Of a stretch of 64,000 bases of DNA, positions 60,831 through 64,000 are shown piece after piece. A model generated the notes under the pieces. That model was not told the origin of the DNA. It did no database searches and saw only the letters and a list, made by a program, of their open reading frames with translations. The stretch spans positions 1,178,001-1,242,000 of the forward strand of contig OZ374563.1 in assembly GCA_977862235.1 (NCBI GenBank), read 5' to 3'. Numbering within the stretch: the stretch's first letter is position 1; each line of letters opens with the position of its first letter. Both the position numbers and the translations under genes were made by a program. Source of the DNA: Dudresnaya verticillata (lineage: Eukaryota).

Positions 60831-61848
60831 GGACAAGAAAAAGCCGACATTAGCGCCGCTTCATTGGTCAGGACGACAGTGCATGCCCCGATGCGGAATG
60901 TGCCTTCTGTGAGAAGACGACTTTTCCCGTAGTCTAATGGCATGATCTAGAAGCAAGGTTATGCCAAGCATACAGTTACCCAATCCACACAGAGCTTTTC
61001 TCTTTAGTAAATCAGTTAACTGAGAATTCCCACATCAGTACTACAGCCTTTCAAAAGATGTTACTGAACTGATTGAAAGGACGGACGCTGCCGACGCTTC
61101 ACAACGAAATCATGCAAGCTTATCTTTTTACCCCATTGCAATTGCCTGCTAATTCACTCCCTGCATGGCAATATATGTATACATCCAGATCGCTTTCCGG
61201 TTACTTCCGTTTCAAACATTTTCGAAACGGTAGCGAAGCTATCCCTTCTGTGCTTCACGGTATACAAAATAAATTGCATATCCTTTCGTACATTTTAATT
61301 GCACCAACCTTTCCTGGAGCTCCAGAGCCTAGGCTCCCGAAAATATTTTCTGGAGCCTTCAGGAAAGCTTGTTGCCATCATATGTTGACTCATTGCAGGC
61401 AACTGGCATCCGCCTTTCTATCAATGCGTTTGTGCACAGAAAGGTCTGCGTCACGAGGCATTGGAATTAACGGAATTCCGTATTACTTAAAGGAACTCGA
61501 GTCCCTTTTCTTGTAAAATGACACATGGATCCAGGGAGCGAAAGGATGGCCATTCGGGTACATCTTGTCATATTGTTGTTCTTCATTGCTATGCTGAATC
61601 ATTGTTTAGCTCAAACTCGATATTCAGGGAATGGATATAGATCTGAGCGTTCGATTGTTTACTTTAAGTACACGCAAGGATGATGGTGACCGAATATTTT
61701 TACCGCAAGGAGAATTTGAAACTAAAATTGGCTGCGTGTAGTTATAACGTTGTACAAATTGGTCAAACACAAAGCATTTATGCAAGTGTATGCCGATACG
61801 TAACATAGACTTTTGTCGTTATCTACGGTGCGGTTCATGTCAGTGAAA

Positions 61849-63815
61849 TCAGAAGAATGGGTCAAGCTCCTCGTCATCGAAACGGTGAAGCTTTTCCTCG
61901 TCAATAACTCCATCATCATCCATTGAACAACTGTTTTGGAATGTCTCTTCGCGCTCATGAGTCTCTTGCTGAACTCTAGTCTTTGATAAATGCTCCTCAT
62001 ATTCAGCCCTTGACCGCGAAAATCTGCTTGCAAGTCTGGCACGAATCTTATCCTTGTCCAAGATCATAAGCCCCGTAAATGCATCATGGCCTGTAGGAGC
62101 ACCCACGCCTTCGTCCAGTCCCCGGCGGATACTGTGATTCCCTTCGATGATATCATCCTCAGGCCTTGCCACCATCGTTGCATCCTTCCGGGCTACAGTG
62201 TACAATGTGATGGCGTCTAGGAGAAACTGCTCCATTTTGCTCAATTCCGATCCAAGGCTTGACAATATGATGGCACGGAAAGTAATTGCAATTGTATGCA
62301 AAGCTCTCAGAGAAAGTTTGGTGGACCTCAGAACATTCTTCACTCTCTCCGCTCGTGACGCCTCCATTAGGACCCGAAGTGCAACTGCGTGGAGCGACAC
62401 CTGCTCGTACTGGATCCATTTCCGTTCGATCAAGGGAGCTCTTTCCGAAGCCCTGTTTGATGTTTTCAACCTTTCCTCGTACACTGCCTCATACCATAGT
62501 GTACAGGTTAAGGAAGGGAAATAGGATTGAAGTTTTATGAACTGGATTTCATTTGTCTTATCCACGTTCTCCTTCTCTGTCTCTCCATCCCCAATCTCAA
62601 GTGTCGAAGCTGTACCGACAACTGTCACCAGGCTGAGCTTAGGCATGTACAATTGCATTTCTTCCGCAGAAAGAGGAGGGAGTTTTATTCCATACTCTTC
62701 TGAAACAGTTGCCTTGTACTCATCGAAATATGCAAGGATGAAACCAAACGACTTAAATAGCACGTTTCGGACAGACATCCTTCCCGTGTTAATGGTCCTT
62801 GCAGTTTGCTTCCGTAGAATCTCAGCGGAGCCCATAAACGTCTTCTCCGAAGACCAGTACTTCCTTTCGTCGCCACTCTGAGAAACAGTACAACGTAACG
62901 GGTCTTCACGGGCGCGCTTATGACCGCCCTCCCTAGATTCATGGGCTTTCATGAAAACTTGAACCACCTGTCCTTTCATAGTCTTCTTCTCGAATGTGCG
63001 GACATGTTACATTTCTGTCCTGGATAAACTATTGAACAGTTCACCCATCATTTCCAGAGTGACTGTGTCGATTCTTTTTCCGTCAATGGAAAGTGAGGCA
63101 CAGCCGAGTCTAGAATTCCCTATTGCTCGCCTCGCAGAACGAAGGAAAAATACGTACAGCCATTCGGGCATTGAAACAGATGTGTGTGGTACATTCTCCC
63201 GGCCAGGGTAGGGCACGAAGAATAAAGCCTTCCCCGCCCTCGATGACAAAATCAAACGAAGGACCATTTCAGAGTAGCGCTCCCTCCCCCTGTGCTTGCT
63301 ATAGAAGATTTTTGCATCGTCTTAGTATCGACGCGCTTCCGGCAGAAGAGATACGAGGGAAAAGTGGGAATCGTTCTGAATCGAGATTCGATACCGACGT
63401 CATCACCAACGGAAGTCTCATGAGATGCAGCAGGTGTATCAAGCGAATCTTCCAGAGCTTCAGTTAAATCCGAGTCAAGGTTGGCAGTGAGTGTTCGTAG
63501 AATGATCCACGTTAACCGCGCCCGATCCGCAATGAGTGGTAGCCCAGGAATCTGTTCAAGCTTGTCGAATTTCACATCTTCCTCATACCCGAACTTCTTG
63601 CGCTTGCCGGTACCATCCTTTCGCGACTGCTTGCGCTGCGTACTCATGACATTTGCGTTGTCCATGCTTTGCTTCAGTCCATCAGCAATCGTAGATATCT
63701 TCTGCACTTCGTCTTGTACTTCTTTCTTCAAGGAATCAAACCGGGTGTTGATGAAGTCTTTGATTTCTCGCAACTCCCGTTGGACGACGGAAGCAATCTG
63801 GAGGTTGAAATTCAC
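61849..63815 (-). pseudogene. Hypothetical gene with an N-terminal coiled coil and acidic tail; one frameshift and one stop
   Basis: 63815-63252, 63267-63007 and 62979-61849 join; the last two are in frame across a TAA. Confidence 0.55.
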
Positions 63816-64000
63816 GTCGGGATCGGTGGTACGGGAACAAGCACGACGTGAGTCGTTAGCACAACACTTGTTCTACTGTAGCTGTATCTGCATGTTCATC
63901 GGACCAGAGCCAGTCCTGATTCGACCTCGCTCTTGCGATGCGGATGCTACTATTGCAGATTTTGTCATTTCGGATAGCACCGCTGTGGGGTCCGGCTTGT

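Overview
Eukaryotic, transposon-dense window. The element repertoire suggests an algal host, possibly a red alga, but this is inference only. Bases 1-39.2 kb are a nested pile of retroelements. A DIRS-type tyrosine-recombinase retrotransposon (gag, RT-RNaseH-MT, YR) is interrupted by three chromodomain-bearing Ty3/Gypsy elements (G1, G2, G3) and a solo G1 LTR; a fourth Gypsy-like remnant (G4) follows it. All four Gypsy families carry a homologous, uncharacterised antisense gene next to the PPT. In G1-G3 it lies between pol and the 3' LTR and shows a conserved globular domain, a coiled coil and an NLS-like motif; a TATA-like promoter motif precedes it. Bases 39.3-64 kb are a lower-GC block of mostly decayed genes: a ParB-like/N6-adenine methyltransferase fusion, a long gene with 2OG-Fe(II)-oxygenase-like and BAH-like segments carrying an in-frame Gypsy gag fragment, and small coiled-coil genes. 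This block also holds a 342-bp array of eight 35-bp inverted-repeat units with mirror-symmetric spacing (22-3-0-4-0-3-22). No rRNA, tRNA or CRISPR-Cas was seen. All family assignments come from motifs recognised by eye, not database searches.
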